Assembly: GCA_965223905.1 (NCBI GenBank)
Contig: CBDCXV010000002.1
Location: 1-64,000, forward strand
Length of the DNA: 64,000 nucleotides
DNA from: Candidatus Latescibacterota bacterium
Lineage (GTDB): Bacteria > Latescibacterota > UBA2968 > UBA8231
Direction of reading: 5' to 3'
Positions 22,487 through 31,715 of the stretch are shown here, piece by piece (the stretch's first letter is position 1; the number at the start of each line of letters is the position of its first letter). The translations under genes and the position numbers were made by a program. The notes beneath the pieces are model-generated. The model was not told the DNA's origin and did no database searches. It worked only from the letters and a program-made list of their open reading frames with translations.

Positions 22487-25400
22487 ATCAATTCCCTCCT
22501 TCGAATGGTCCATCCGCTGACCTTTTTTGGTACCCCCACGTCCGGGTCGGTCAGCGTCACACTCACCGTCGTGCCCACCCGCGGCGGCGTTGGGGTCACG
22601 GTCTCCTCCCCCCGCCCCGTCGCTGCTCTGCCGATACTCATACCCACCCCGTCAACGCCGAGCCGTTTGTTCGAAGGGGTAACCCACCTCAGGGTCACCT
22701 GGGCGTCCCCAGACTCCGCTGACAGGTTGCCCGGAACACCCGGCTTCCCCACCGGCGTCGCCTGCCGGGAGAACGAGACCGCTCCGGCCCGGTAACTCCC
22801 CGCCGCCAGCTCGTAGACTCCCCGCACCTGGAACCGGTAGGTCTCCCCGTTCGCCAGGCCCGTGACCGTGTGCGACGTCGTCGACGCCGTGCTGCCGGGC
22901 ACGTCCTGCCAGTCGCCCCACGAGCCGATGCCCCGCCGCTGCCGATACTGCCACTCCTCGAGCCTGTCGTGGCCCGGGCTGTCCCAGCTCAGCGTCACCT
23001 GCCCGTCGCCGGCCTGCGCCCGCAGGGGAACCACCGCCACCGAGTCCGACGCCACGCCCGGCACCCCGTCCGCGTTGACCAGTCGCACCCGGATCTGGTG
23101 CACTACCGTGTCGGCCAGGCCCGACACCCGCACCGTGTCCCCGGCCGCCTCCACCCGCACCGAGGTCGCCGTCGCTCCATCACTGGAGGCGCCCCTGGCC
23201 CCGGATGCGCCGCTGGTCCCGGAGGCTCCACCCCCCGCCTCTCCATCTCCTGGCGCCCCGCTGAAAGGGGACGCGAGACGATAAGCCCCTAACACGCCCC
23301 CGCTATTCACCAGAACCTCAAAATCGATCGGAAACGTAGGGCCGGAGTCCGGCGGGAGGTCGGGGTCGGAGTCGGGGTCCGGAAACGGCTCGAACTCCTC
23401 CTGCTCGCAAGGCGGGCGGGAGCATTCCAAGACGATGAACTCCACCTCCCATTTCTTCTCCGATTCCTCCGAGGATTGCTCGGATGGCTCGACGGATACG
23501 TCGCCCGCCGCCGCCTTGTTCGGTACCGGGGTCACCCCCGACGGCGGGAAGCTTGTTGACCACTCGCTGTCGCCGTGAGGGTTCGTCGCCTGCACCTGGT
23601 AGCGGTAGCGGCGCCACGCCTGCAGATCCCGATGCGTGAAACCCGTCGAGTCGACCCCCAATGCCGGCAGCGGACACAGGTTCCAGATCCCCGGCCATAC
23701 CCATAGGTCCCGGGCGACCGCATGGCCGATTTCGAAGCGCAACGTATACCCGCTCACCGTCATATCCGTCGACGCGTCCCATACCACCCGGATCTGTCCC
23801 GCGGTGGTTGAATTGGCCCCAAGGCCCGCGGTCAGGGTGTCGGGAATGGTACCCGGGGTTCCGGTTTCGGAAAGCGTCACCGTCGCCGTGGAAGGCGTGC
23901 CGGCCCGTACCCCCACCGGCAGCGGAGAACCAAACCCCAGCTCCAGCGTCTCGCCGGACTCCTCTTCTACGATGTCCGATTCGGCCTGGATGGTGAAACG
24001 CTGCTGGTGGTCTTGTAGCGCGTCTGGTAGTGGTCGATGTCCGACCCCGTTCGCCGACGCCGCGCTCCAGCTCAACGACATCTGCCCGTTGGCCCGGGTG
24101 GCTGCAAAATTACCCGGCACCGACGGCACACCTATTACCACGGCGCTCTTGCCCGGGCCGTGCCCGTCGGTGTAGCTCACCGTCGCCCGCAGGTACTGAC
24201 CGGCATCGGTGTCGCCGGGCAGGAACCGCGACAACGTCGAATCCTCAATCTCCGTCCACACGGTCACACCCGGAGCCCGGCGCTGCCACTGCCACAGCGT
24301 GTCCGACAGGCTCCCGTCCGGGTCTCTCAGCGTCGCCTTCAACTGCGTGCCCACCTGCGCGCTCGACGGCGACACACTCACCATCCCCGCCTCGTCCACG
24401 TTCCTCACCGATACCGTCACCGCCACCGTGTCCGACGACAGCGACCCGTCCCACGTGTACAGGCCCACCACGTAGTCATTGTCGCCGGCCACGACACCCT
24501 CCTCCCCGTCGGCCACGTCGGCCGGGGCCTCGAAGTCCGGAAAATTCTCCATTTCCTTGAAATACAGCGTGTCCCCGCGGATCCGGAACGAAGCCGCATC
24601 CGGACCCTCTTTCTTCAACGTCAGCACGGCACCCGGATCCGGAGCCGACAGCCGGTAGGTCGCCACCGTGTCCGAACTCTCCTCGGCGAACGACACCGCC
24701 GTCGCGCCCGCCGGCGGGTTCGGACGCGGGTTGGGCGGCGGCACCAGGATCACCGACGGCACATCCACCAGCGTCACCTGAGCGCTCGCCTGCGTGCCCG
24801 CGCTCACCCCCGCAGGCAGATCCCCGAAGCCCAGCGACACCGTCTCGTCGACCCCGTCGCTGTCCTCATTGGCCGTCAGCGTAAACGAGGCGGTCGAGTC
24901 GCCCAAGGCGAACGACAGCCGCCGGATCCCGGCCTCTTCCGTCAGACCCGCCACCGTGTAATCCCCCGCCTCCGTGCCCGCATCCGACGTCACCGTAACC
25001 GGAAGCGCCACCGCCCGGGTCGCCTTGGCCGACAAGGCCACCTCCACCGACACCGGCTCGCCCCCTTCCCGCGCCTCGTAGCTCGACGCCCCAAAGGCCA
25101 CCTGAGGCTGCCCCGGCGTCACCAACACCGGATCCGTTAACACACCCTTCGCCGCGGCGGACTGCGCCCGCACCCTGAACAGATATTCCACCCCGTTCGT
25201 CAGGTCTTCTACCCGGATATACCGGATCCTTCGTCCCTCATACTCGATGCGGGCCACCTCTCCGTCGGCCACCTTGGTCCATTCCATCTTGGCCGGCCTC
25301 TTCCTTTTCCCGTAGCGCCAATGGGTAATGCCGGCATCGGCGGAAGCGTCCCATATCAGCAGCACCGCCTCATGGTCCGGCCACACCTCGAAACCCGTCG

Positions 25401-28400
25401 GCGGCGGCAACATCACCCCACGGGTCGGCTCACTCTGAACAAATCGGGAATAGCTGCCCGCATCCGGCACATAGCGCACCATCGCCCGCAACTGACGACC
25501 CAGATCCGCCCGCAACGGCGTGTAGCTGGCCGAGGTCGACGAGCCCGACAGATCCGACCAGGGCGCACTGTCGCTGTCATTCCGGCCCTGCCACTGCCAG
25601 CTCCCAGCGCTCACCCCCTCCAGCGAAGCCGTCAGTGCAACCCCCGGCTGCGGCCTCTTGGTGCTCAACGACACCTCCTCATCGCAGTTGCTCAACGTGG
25701 TGTTCGTCATCGTCACCGTGCCCGAGGTATGGGCCTGCACACAGCCACCCCCGTCCCGGATCGTGGCGCCGCTCAGATCGGCGCTGCCCCCGCTTTCCAC
25801 CCGGATGCCGGACCAAGCGGAGGGGGACGGGGAAACAGCATTGCTTGACCGGAAGGTGACCCCCGGGCCCGCGCCAAGCGTCCCGGCCACGATCAGCGCC
25901 CCCGGGCTGAACGACACCTCCGTTCCCGAACCCAGGCTCAACGTCACCCCCGAAGGGATACTCACCTCCCCGTCCGCACAGACCGCGCCGCTCCACGTCG
26001 TATCCGACGACAGCGAGCCCGACCACTTCGGCGCCAACGCCAAAACCCGCACCGAGTCCCCGGCTCCCGCGTCGTTGCGCGCCCGAACCTCGAAGGTGTA
26101 GTTCGTGCAACTTGCCAATCCCGGCAGCGGCTGGCGCGTCGACAGCGGACCGCCCGGGGGCGACGCCACCGCCGTCCAGTCCGGCGACCACGTGGCCCCC
26201 CCATCGGCGCTCTGACGATACTCATACGCCGTCAACTCCAAGTCCCCCGGAACCGGAGCCACCCAGGATAACGTCACCTGACCATTCGCCCCCGGCGCGC
26301 GCGGGTGCCGGGGCGGGCCCGGCGGCCGCCCCGGAGTCGCCTGTACCCGAGACGAGTCCCCCGCCCCCACCCCGTTGACCGCCCGCACCTCGAAGGTGTA
26401 CTCCACCCCGTTGGTCAGGCTCATCAGCGTGTGGCTCGTCGTCGTCGAGTCGCTGTCGGAGATATCCCCCCAGTCCGGAGACCACGTGACCGCCCCGTCG
26501 GCGCTGCGACGATACTCATACCCCGTCAGCGCAGAGCCGTTGTTCGCAGGCGTCTCCCACGTCAGAGAAACCTGACCGTCCCCCACCTCCGCTTCCAGGT
26601 TTTCCGGCACATCCGGAACGTCGGGCAAGGTCACCTGTCGGGAGAACGAGACCGCTCCGGCCCGGTCGTCCCCCGCCGCGTACTCGTACACCGCCCGCAC
26701 CTGGAACCAGTACTCTTCCCCGTTCGCCAGGCCCGTGACCGTGTGCGACGTTGTCGACGACGTGCTACTGGCGATGTCCTGCCAGTCCCCCCACGAGCCG
26801 CGGCCCCGCTGCTGCCGGTACTGCCACTCCTCGATGGTCTCTTCGTTGCCCGAGTTGTCCCAACTCAGGGTCACCCGTCCTATCCCCGCCTGCCCCCGCA
26901 AGGGAACCACCGCTACCGAGTCCGACGCCTCCCCCGCAACACCGTCCGCGTTGACCGCCCGCACCTGGAACTGGTACGTCTTCGTGTTGTCCAGGTCCGT
27001 CACTCTATACGTGCTTACGATCGGCCTGCTGTCGTCCACAGCCGCCACGCTGTTCGAGATCGTTATCGGACTGGACACCGCCTGCCGCGCGCCCCGTGAA
27101 CCCGGGCTCGCCCCGCTGATGGACACGGACCCCCACCCACCCCACAGCCCGTTCCCGACCTTCAGCCGATACTGGAGAAGATTGAACTGCGAGAAGTCGG
27201 TGGTGGACGGAAAGGTCGGCCCGGAAGGACCGCACAGCGGCGCGAAGCAGTTCACCTCTATGACAAATCTTTCAACGCCGAAGGAAGGTGCGCCGGTACC
27301 CAACGATCGGATCCCCGCGCCGACCAGCGGTTCCTGCAGGGGACTCACACCGTTCGGCGGAAATTCATCGGACCAGTCGCTGTCGCCGCGACTGTTGGTT
27401 GCCTGCAATTGATACCGATACTTCCGGGAAGAGCTCAGCCCCTCGTGGGTAAACGTCGTGGATGTGGCAACAGGAAGCGGGCAGACATTCCACGACGACC
27501 AACCCACAAGCGAAGTCCATACCGGATTGCTCTGGAACCGCAGCGTATACCCAGTCACTGAAGGGGTGGCCGTCACTGCGTCCCAACTTACCAGAATCTC
27601 ACCCAATCGGGTGGTAGCCGTACCCCCGCTCGGTGCGTCCGGTATTGTCCCCCCGGATAACGTGGCGGATGGCGGGTGAATGGAAACGGTCGCCCGGCCC
27701 ACTCTCCCCGTCGATCCTACGGGGGATCCCGGCCGCACGCCCGCCGGCAAAGTCCCGAAGCCCAAAATCAGAACCTCTTTTTCTTCATTCTCGGTGTCGG
27801 AAAGGGCGGTGAGGGTCAACCGTTTCGAGTTGTCCCCAACGTCGAACCTCAGCGTGCTGGTACTCAGCGAATAGTCGGCCGCAGTCGCGGGATCTGAATT
27901 CAGTCCCACTAGTCCGGAATGGATCCCCTGAACCGGTATCGTAACCGACCGGTCAGCAGGCGGGGTCAGCCGAACGGTTACTTCCACGGCCTTCCCTTCG
28001 ACCACGTCGTAGGTCTCGGCACTGTAGGAAGCTTTCAGAAGGCCCACCTTCATCGCTTCCGCAGGAGGGCCCCCGTCCCCACCATCTCCCACGACGGCCG
28101 TGTTCACGGCCCGCACCTGGAACTTGTGGAATACCCCATGTTGAAGGTTTTCCACGGTATACTCGGTGTCAGAAGGTTCCGTGTTCAACATCCCTGTCCA
28201 GCCCCCCCAAGCCCCGAGAGTTTCCACACCTTCTTTGCGCCTGTACTGCCAACCGGCAATGGTGGGGTCTTCAATGGCAGGTGCTCCCCAGCTCAGCGTT
28301 ACTTGGCCATCTCCTGGTTCGACGGTAAGATTGGAGGGTGGTGAGGGAGGCGGGGCCATGTCTCGAATCTGGGCGTTGTCCAAAGGGGCTGAACCACCCG

Positions 28401-30048
28401 GCATGATACGAATCCCGCCCCAGGCGTACTGGCCTTGCCACGAGGTGCCCGACTTCTTGCGAAACTGAATTGGAGTACCGGATTGGGTAGTCAAAGTCCC
28501 GTAGACGAAAATCTCGGGGAGGTCATCGTCGCCATGCCCTTGGGCAGGGAATTGGTGAATGTCTGTTTCTGGTTCGAACTCGACAACGGTGCCGGACTCT
28601 ATGGTAAGCGTCGCACCCGGAAGGACTACGATGTCACCGCGCAAGGTCAGCGTTCCACTCCAGCTCTCATCGCCTACGATAGCGCAGTGGTGGTACTTGC
28701 TATAGGGTATATTGCCATGTCCAAAATCCCTGCTCGCAAGCCCTTTCAACCCGATAATAGACTCCGTGAAAAGTTTCAGGTCTTCCCAGCCTTTGTGGTA
28801 AGGACCCCTGGGGCTCTTATTACCTTTATCGAGAATATCCCCCGGAGCATTCCCCGCAGGAACGGAAAGATCTCCCCATCTGACATCCGCTCCGAACCAG
28901 CTCATGCTCCCGGTAAGACCCTTGTTTGTCTGCGCTAAATCAAGCTTCGCAGGGAGCATCGCCAAGTCATAGCTCTCCTGCAAGTCAGAATTCCCATTAA
29001 CTTCAGTGCTCAATACCAGGCCGGTATGGGTCATACGCTCATAAACGGTGACTTTGTTGCTCGCTTGATCTACGACTAGTAAGCTTATTGGCGCAGGTAT
29101 ACCTGTAATGGTGGAGAGCAAGGACGTGACTATGGATTTTTTCACATTATCTGCTTCGTAGAGAGTATATCTTCCACCGGTAGGATACGACCCATGAGAA
29201 CCGGCACCCACATATATCACGGGGTGCGTGCCCTGGTTCAATCGTATGTCCGTCTGGGGATCAAATACAAAATTCGAAGTGATATTCGGCTTTGACCCAT
29301 AGTCACGGTAGTAAGACAGATGCGCCCCGTGGGCCAAATACTCCACCCCTAATACTTGAAGATTGGTATCATTGGGATCGCTGGAATTGACCACCACATG
29401 AACCCGCGGCCAGTCGCCCTCATGGTTGTTCCATGAGTCATTATACGGATAGAAGTAAAAATACTGGATTACGGTGATGGAGTCAGGATAGGTTGCGTCG
29501 GTCGTCTTGTATATGTGCACATAGGCCGTATTGGGAAAGGGTTCACCTCCATGAGGCCCGGTACCGAAATAATTTTTGTTCCAGCTTTCTTTGCCATTGC
29601 CTGGATAATCGAAGAAGGGCGCAATCGTGTAATCGCGAGTGTCGTCTGGAGCGCCCGGCAGATTTGCCCTGGCAGTGTGGGCATACGATTGGGGCAAAAA
29701 AGCGAACCGATTTGCTGAGAAGTCCACACCGGGAATTCTCAGCGGAGGCTCCCACGTTGGAAATGATTCCCAAGTCACCTTCTTGAACGTTATTGAGTTA
29801 GAGTTCAGTCCCGATCCCTTCTTGCCCGTTATCTCGAACCGCAAGTTGGCGGCCGACTGAGCGCCGACGATTTCCACCGGTTCAGGGCGAAGCACGCGCC
29901 GGTTGGGCGCCTGTTCATCTTTCGTAAGTATCAGTATGGGCGAAAACTTGCGCGCCAATAGCTCCTCATCACTGATCGTGTCCGCATACCCATGCCGTGC
30001 CGTGAGGAATGCCAGCGACAGACTCAGGACCATCCTGTATGCTCTCAT
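22483..30048 (-). CDS. Vps62/NPP1-like head + neck + mosaic stalk (2521 aa); truncated, no sorting domain
   Basis: Signal peptide, LARKFSPILILT, YFYFYPYNDSWNNHEGDW, HPVIYVGAGSH. Contains blocks A and B, an internal junction at about 24000-24050, and a frameshift-scrambled tail at 22490-22680. Confidence 0.85.
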   Translation of the reverse strand: MRAYRMVLSLSLAFLTARHGYADTISDEELLARKFSPILILTKDEQAPNRRVLRPEPVEIVGAQSAANLRFEITGKKGSGLNSNSITFKKVTWESFPTWEPPLRIPGVDFSANRFAFLPQSYAHTARANLPGAPDDTRDYTIAPFFDYPGNGKESWNKNYFGTGPHGGEPFPNTAYVHIYKTTDATYPDSITVIQYFYFYPYNDSWNNHEGDWPRVHVVVNSSDPNDTNLQVLGVEYLAHGAHLSYYRDYGSKPNITSNFVFDPQTDIRLNQGTHPVIYVGAGSHGSYPTGGRYTLYEADNVKKSIVTSLLSTITGIPAPISLLVVDQASNKVTVYERMTHTGLVLSTEVNGNSDLQESYDLAMLPAKLDLAQTNKGLTGSMSWFGADVRWGDLSVPAGNAPGDILDKGNKSPRGPYHKGWEDLKLFTESIIGLKGLASRDFGHGNIPYSKYHHCAIVGDESWSGTLTLRGDIVVLPGATLTIESGTVVEFEPETDIHQFPAQGHGDDDLPEIFVYGTLTTQSGTPIQFRKKSGTSWQGQYAWGGIRIMPGGSAPLDNAQIRDMAPPPSPPSNLTVEPGDGQVTLSWGAPAIEDPTIAGWQYRRKEGVETLGAWGGWTGMLNTEPSDTEYTVENLQHGVFHKFQVRAVNTAVVGDGGDGGPPAEAMKVGLLKASYSAETYDVVEGKAVEVTVRLTPPADRSVTIPVQGIHSGLVGLNSDPATAADYSLSTSTLRFDVGDNSKRLTLTALSDTENEEKEVLILGFGTLPAGVRPGSPVGSTGRVGRATVSIHPPSATLSGGTIPDAPSGGTATTRLGEILVSWDAVTATPSVTGYTLRFQSNPVWTSLVGWSSWNVCPLPVATSTTFTHEGLSSSRKYRYQLQATNSRGDSDWSDEFPPNGVSPLQEPLVGAGIRSLGTGAPSFGVERFVIEVNCFAPLCGPSGPTFPSTTDFSQFNLLQYRLKVGNGLWGGWGSVSISGASPGSRGARQAVSSPITISNSVAAVDDSRPIVSTYRVTDLDNTKTYQFQVRAVNADGVAGEASDSVAVVPLRGQAGIGRVTLSWDNSGNEETIEEWQYRQQRGRGSWGDWQDIASSTSSTTSHTVTGLANGEEYWFQVRAVYEYAAGDDRAGAVSFSRQVTLPDVPDVPENLEAEVGDGQVSLTWETPANNGSALTGYEYRRSADGAVTWSPDWGDISDSDSTTTSHTLMSLTNGVEYTFEVRAVNGVGAGDSSRVQATPGRPPGPPRHPRAPGANGQVTLSWVAPVPGDLELTAYEYRQSADGGATWSPDWTAVASPPGGPLSTRQPLPGLASCTNYTFEVRARNDAGAGDSVRVLALAPKWSGSLSSDTTWSGAVCADGEVSIPSGVTLSLGSGTEVSFSPGALIVAGTLGAGPGVTFRSSNAVSPSPSAWSGIRVESGGSADLSGATIRDGGGCVQAHTSGTVTMTNTTLSNCDEEVSLSTKRPQPGVALTASLEGVSAGSWQWQGRNDSDSAPWSDLSGSSTSASYTPLRADLGRQLRAMVRYVPDAGSYSRFVQSEPTRGVMLPPPTGFEVWPDHEAVLLIWDASADAGITHWRYGKRKRPAKMEWTKVADGEVARIEYEGRRIRYIRVEDLTNGVEYLFRVRAQSAAAKGVLTDPVLVTPGQPQVAFGASSYEAREGGEPVSVEVALSAKATRAVALPVTVTSDAGTEAGDYTVAGLTEEAGIRRLSFALGDSTASFTLTANEDSDGVDETVSLGFGDLPAGVSAGTQASAQVTLVDVPSVILVPPPNPRPNPPAGATAVSFAEESSDTVATYRLSAPDPGAVLTLKKEGPDAASFRIRGDTLYFKEMENFPDFEAPADVADGEEGVVAGDNDYVVGLYTWDGSLSSDTVAVTVSVRNVDEAGMVSVSPSSAQVGTQLKATLRDPDGSLSDTLWQWQRRAPGVTVWTEIEDSTLSRFLPGDTDAGQYLRATVSYTDGHGPGKSAVVIGVPSVPGNFAATRANGQMSLSWSAASANGVGHRPLPDALQDHQQRFTIQAESDIVEEESGETLELGFGSPLPVGVRAGTPSTATVTLSETGTPGTIPDTLTAGLGANSTTAGQIRVVWDASTDMTVSGYTLRFEIGHAVARDLWVWPGIWNLCPLPALGVDSTGFTHRDLQAWRRYRYQVQATNPHGDSEWSTSFPPSGVTPVPNKAAAGDVSVEPSEQSSEESEKKWEVEFIVLECSRPPCEQEEFEPFPDPDSDPDLPPDSGPTFPIDFEVLVNSGGVLGAYRLASPFSGAPGDGEAGGGASGTSGASGARGASSDGATATSVRVEAAGDTVRVSGLADTVVHQIRVRLVNADGVPGVASDSVAVVPLRAQAGDGQVTLSWDSPGHDRLEEWQYRQRRGIGSWGDWQDVPGSTASTTSHTVTGLANGETYRFQVRGVYELAAGSYRAGAVSFSRQATPVGKPGVPGNLSAESGDAQVTLRWVTPSNKRLGVDGVGMSIGRAATGRGEETVTPTPPRVGTTVSVTLTDPDVGVPKKVSGWTIRRRELI

Positions 30049-30085
30049 TTTTTCTTTCCTTCATGCAAATCGTGCGTTATATCGT

Positions 30086-31690
30086 TCAGAATCGCAGTGC
30101 GGCGACGGCCGACAGCCGGCCCCTGGGGCCCGGTGCCAAGCCAACAGAGAAGCGGCGCTCTTCATGGAAGCCGCGCATCCCTTCGGATGCAAACGCAGCC
30201 ACGACGGCCGGAACGCCAACAAGGACACCGGCCGCTACGGTGCCCGATAAATAGCCAAATACACCTGTACTGGGAAGTTTATCGTACGCTCTGTCGTCCA
30301 GTTCGCGAACTACTTGCTTACCCACCCAGCTGCCTGCCAAGGCATACATGAGGGTAACTTTGTCGTATGGATCCACAATGGTTACGCCAAAGGCTGTCCC
30401 GACTAGGTGACCAATTGATGCCCACTGCAAAGGAGGACCTCCTATACAAATGGGAGCGTCTTGTTCTATATCTTCTGCACATCGATTGTAAGGAACACCG
30501 ATCCAAAATCCCGCCACGGCCAATAGAGTGCCCCCATAAGCACCTGCGCCAAATTTGACTGCCAATCTTTTTTTCCGGTTTTCAAGCCCCGGCAAGTGCT
30601 GGCTATACTTGGTAACCAGTCTGCGGCTGGCAGCTGCTTTCAGGCTGTCCTCTGCCACCTTGCTCCGGGGGGGCTCGGCAACGGCGGTCGCCACGGTGTC
30701 CACCGTTCCATCCGTGTCCGGAACAACGTCGAAGGGCGTATCGAGGCTCCCTGGGCCTGAGCCCCCATCTCGAGAGTCCTCATCCACCACAATGTCTGCC
30801 AGCCGACTCTCCCGGTCCGCCGATGTCAGGGGAAGTGATCCTACCAGGACCAGCGTTTGAATGCGCTTCAGTGCGATCCGATCCTGCCGTGGATCTCGTG
30901 CTCTGGCAAGGGTCAAGTCCTTCGCATCGACAGCTTGAACGTAGCCTCTGGTCGTAACCAGTTGTTCCCACTCCCCCGAGAGCGGGTGCCGTTCTCCCTG
31001 TCCATGGACAACCACGGCATAGGCGCCCACCTTCACCGTGCTGCTGTCGATCTCGCCGGCTTCCAGAATCACCCCGGCCCGTAATGCCTCGGCGTCGCCC
31101 GCGGCGTGCCCAGAATCTGCCAAGACTTGAAAGTGCTCCAAGGCCATCGGCGCCGCCGGACCATCCCGCCTTTTCACCCGGCTGCTGGCGATCGCATCGG
31201 CGTTGTTCGCCCTGTCTGCCGTCGCCTCCATCTCCCCGCCGGCCGGCGTACTGTCGGTGCGCCCATCCTGGGGCTGGGGACTCCGCCTCGCTGGCAATCC
31301 GTTCGATCGTGCCCTAACGGCCTGCTCCACCCCCCTCCGGGTAGGCGACCCTACCAGGACCAGCGTTTGAATGCGCTCCAAGGTCACCGGCTTCGGCCTG
31401 CCCTTTCGTCCCATGGCCAGGGTCAACGTCTCCCCATCGACGGCCTGGATGTAGCCGCGGACGGTCTCCAGCCCTTTCCACTCCCCCGAGACCGGGTGCC
31501 GCTCCCCTTGCCCATGGATCACCACCGCAAAGGCGCCCACCTCCACCGTGCTGCTGTCGATCTCACCGGCCTCCAGAATCACCCCAGCCCGTAGCGCCTC
31601 GGCTGGATCACTGGCTGAATCCGCGTACGTAAGAGTGGCTATTGAGAGAAGCGAAATCGCCGTGACCCAAAAGACAAAGATGATGCTCAT
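30086..31690 (-). CDS. Partner family A protein with a duplicated N-terminal domain
   Basis: Two copies of EALRAGVILEAGEIDSSTVxVGAxAVVxHGQGERHP.SGEW; RBS GGAGG; tail RRFSVGLAPGPRGRLSAVAALRF. Confidence 0.87.
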   Translation of the reverse strand: MSIIFVFWVTAISLLSIATLTYADSASDPAEALRAGVILEAGEIDSSTVEVGAFAVVIHGQGERHPVSGEWKGLETVRGYIQAVDGETLTLAMGRKGRPKPVTLERIQTLVLVGSPTRRGVEQAVRARSNGLPARRSPQPQDGRTDSTPAGGEMEATADRANNADAIASSRVKRRDGPAAPMALEHFQVLADSGHAAGDAEALRAGVILEAGEIDSSTVKVGAYAVVVHGQGERHPLSGEWEQLVTTRGYVQAVDAKDLTLARARDPRQDRIALKRIQTLVLVGSLPLTSADRESRLADIVVDEDSRDGGSGPGSLDTPFDVVPDTDGTVDTVATAVAEPPRSKVAEDSLKAAASRRLVTKYSQHLPGLENRKKRLAVKFGAGAYGGTLLAVAGFWIGVPYNRCAEDIEQDAPICIGGPPLQWASIGHLVGTAFGVTIVDPYDKVTLMYALAGSWVGKQVVRELDDRAYDKLPSTGVFGYLSGTVAAGVLVGVPAVVAAFASEGMRGFHEERRFSVGLAPGPRGRLSAVAALRF

Positions 31691-31715
31691 ATGCCCCCCT
31701 CCTACCTTTCGCTAA

